Shown here: one piece after another, positions 63,428 through 64,000 of the stretch
Layout of the letters: each line of letters begins with the position of its first letter
Position numbering within the stretch: the stretch's first letter is position 1
Assembly (NCBI RefSeq): GCF_009914755.1
Contig: NC_060926.1
DNA: 64,000 nt
Source of the DNA: the human T2T-CHM13v2.0 reference genome, Homo sapiens
Strand: one strand, 5' to 3'
Translations under genes and position numbers: made by a program
The notes under the pieces: generated by a model
Told to the model about the DNA's origin: nothing
Seen by the model: the letters and a program-made list of their open reading frames with translations, nothing else
Databases searched by the model: none

Positions 63428-63720
63428 TTTGCTTCTTTGAGACAGAATCTCACTCTATTACCCAGACTGCAGTGCAGTGGCACAATCTCTGCTCACTGCG
63501 GTCTTGACCTCCTGGGCTAGGGTGATTCTCCCACTTCAGCCTCCCGAATAGCTGGGACTACAGGCATGCACCACCACACCTGGCTAATCTTTGTAATTTT
63601 TGTAAAGACTGGGTTTTGCCAAGCTTCCCAGGCTGGTCTTGAACTCCTGAGCTCAAGCGGTGATCTGCCTGGCTCAGCCTCCCAAAGTGCTGGGTCTGCA
63701 GGTAGCTATCATGCCCCTTG

Positions 63721-63753
<33 letters not shown>

Positions 63754-64000
63754 GAGACAGAGTCTTGCTCTGTCACTTATCCTGGAGGGCAGTGGCACGA
63801 TCTCAGCTCACTGTGACCTCCGCCCCCCGGGTTCAAGCAATTCTCCTGCCTCAGCCTGAGTAGCTGGAATTACAGGCGTGTGTCGCCACCCCCAGCTAAT
63901 TTTTGTATTTTTAGTAGAGACGGGTTTTACCATGTTGGCCATGGCTGGTCTTGAACTCCTGACTTCAAGTAATCCACCCGCCTCATCCTCCCAAACTGCT
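63428..64000 (-). mobile_element. Two reverse Alus (63428-63698; 63725 to window end)
   Basis: Alu consensus; poly-T at 63725-63753. Confidence 0.9.

Overview
Primate (almost certainly human) genomic DNA containing the complete CHRNA1 gene (muscle nicotinic acetylcholine receptor alpha-1 subunit; human 2q31 from prior knowledge) on the minus strand. I resolved nine constitutive coding exons by hand, all with GT-AG boundaries: 41099-41057, 36344-36199, 36086-36042, 34387-34278, 31129-30934, 30455-30218, 26885-26662, 25535-25296, 24971-24840. They total 1374 nt (457 aa). The 75-nt MIR-derived alternative exon P3A (34732-34658) gives a 482-aa isoform. The promoter has paired myogenic E-boxes and an Ets/IRF-type element at about -478, and the poly(A) signal is at 24337-24332. 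The rest is intergenic or intronic and rich in interspersed repeats (Alu, L1, L2, MIR, THE1, MLT1, an MLT2/ERVL provirus, MER41, other ERV1 LTRs, DNA transposons), with an orphan CpG-rich island at about 6.5-7.6 kb. Repeat families and subfamilies were assigned by eye. Apart from decayed ERVL fragments, the non-CHRNA1 ORFs in the track look spurious. I cannot establish a wholly new biological system from sequence alone. The best leads are transposon-derived control of CHRNA1 RNA processing (antisense Alu tail as poly(A) downstream element; inverted Alu/FLAM pair bracketing P3A and exon 4), a tandem-plus-inverted duplication scar at 16.3-18.2 kb, a templated hairpin inside an intron-1 Alu, and interferon-type elements around this autoantigen gene.
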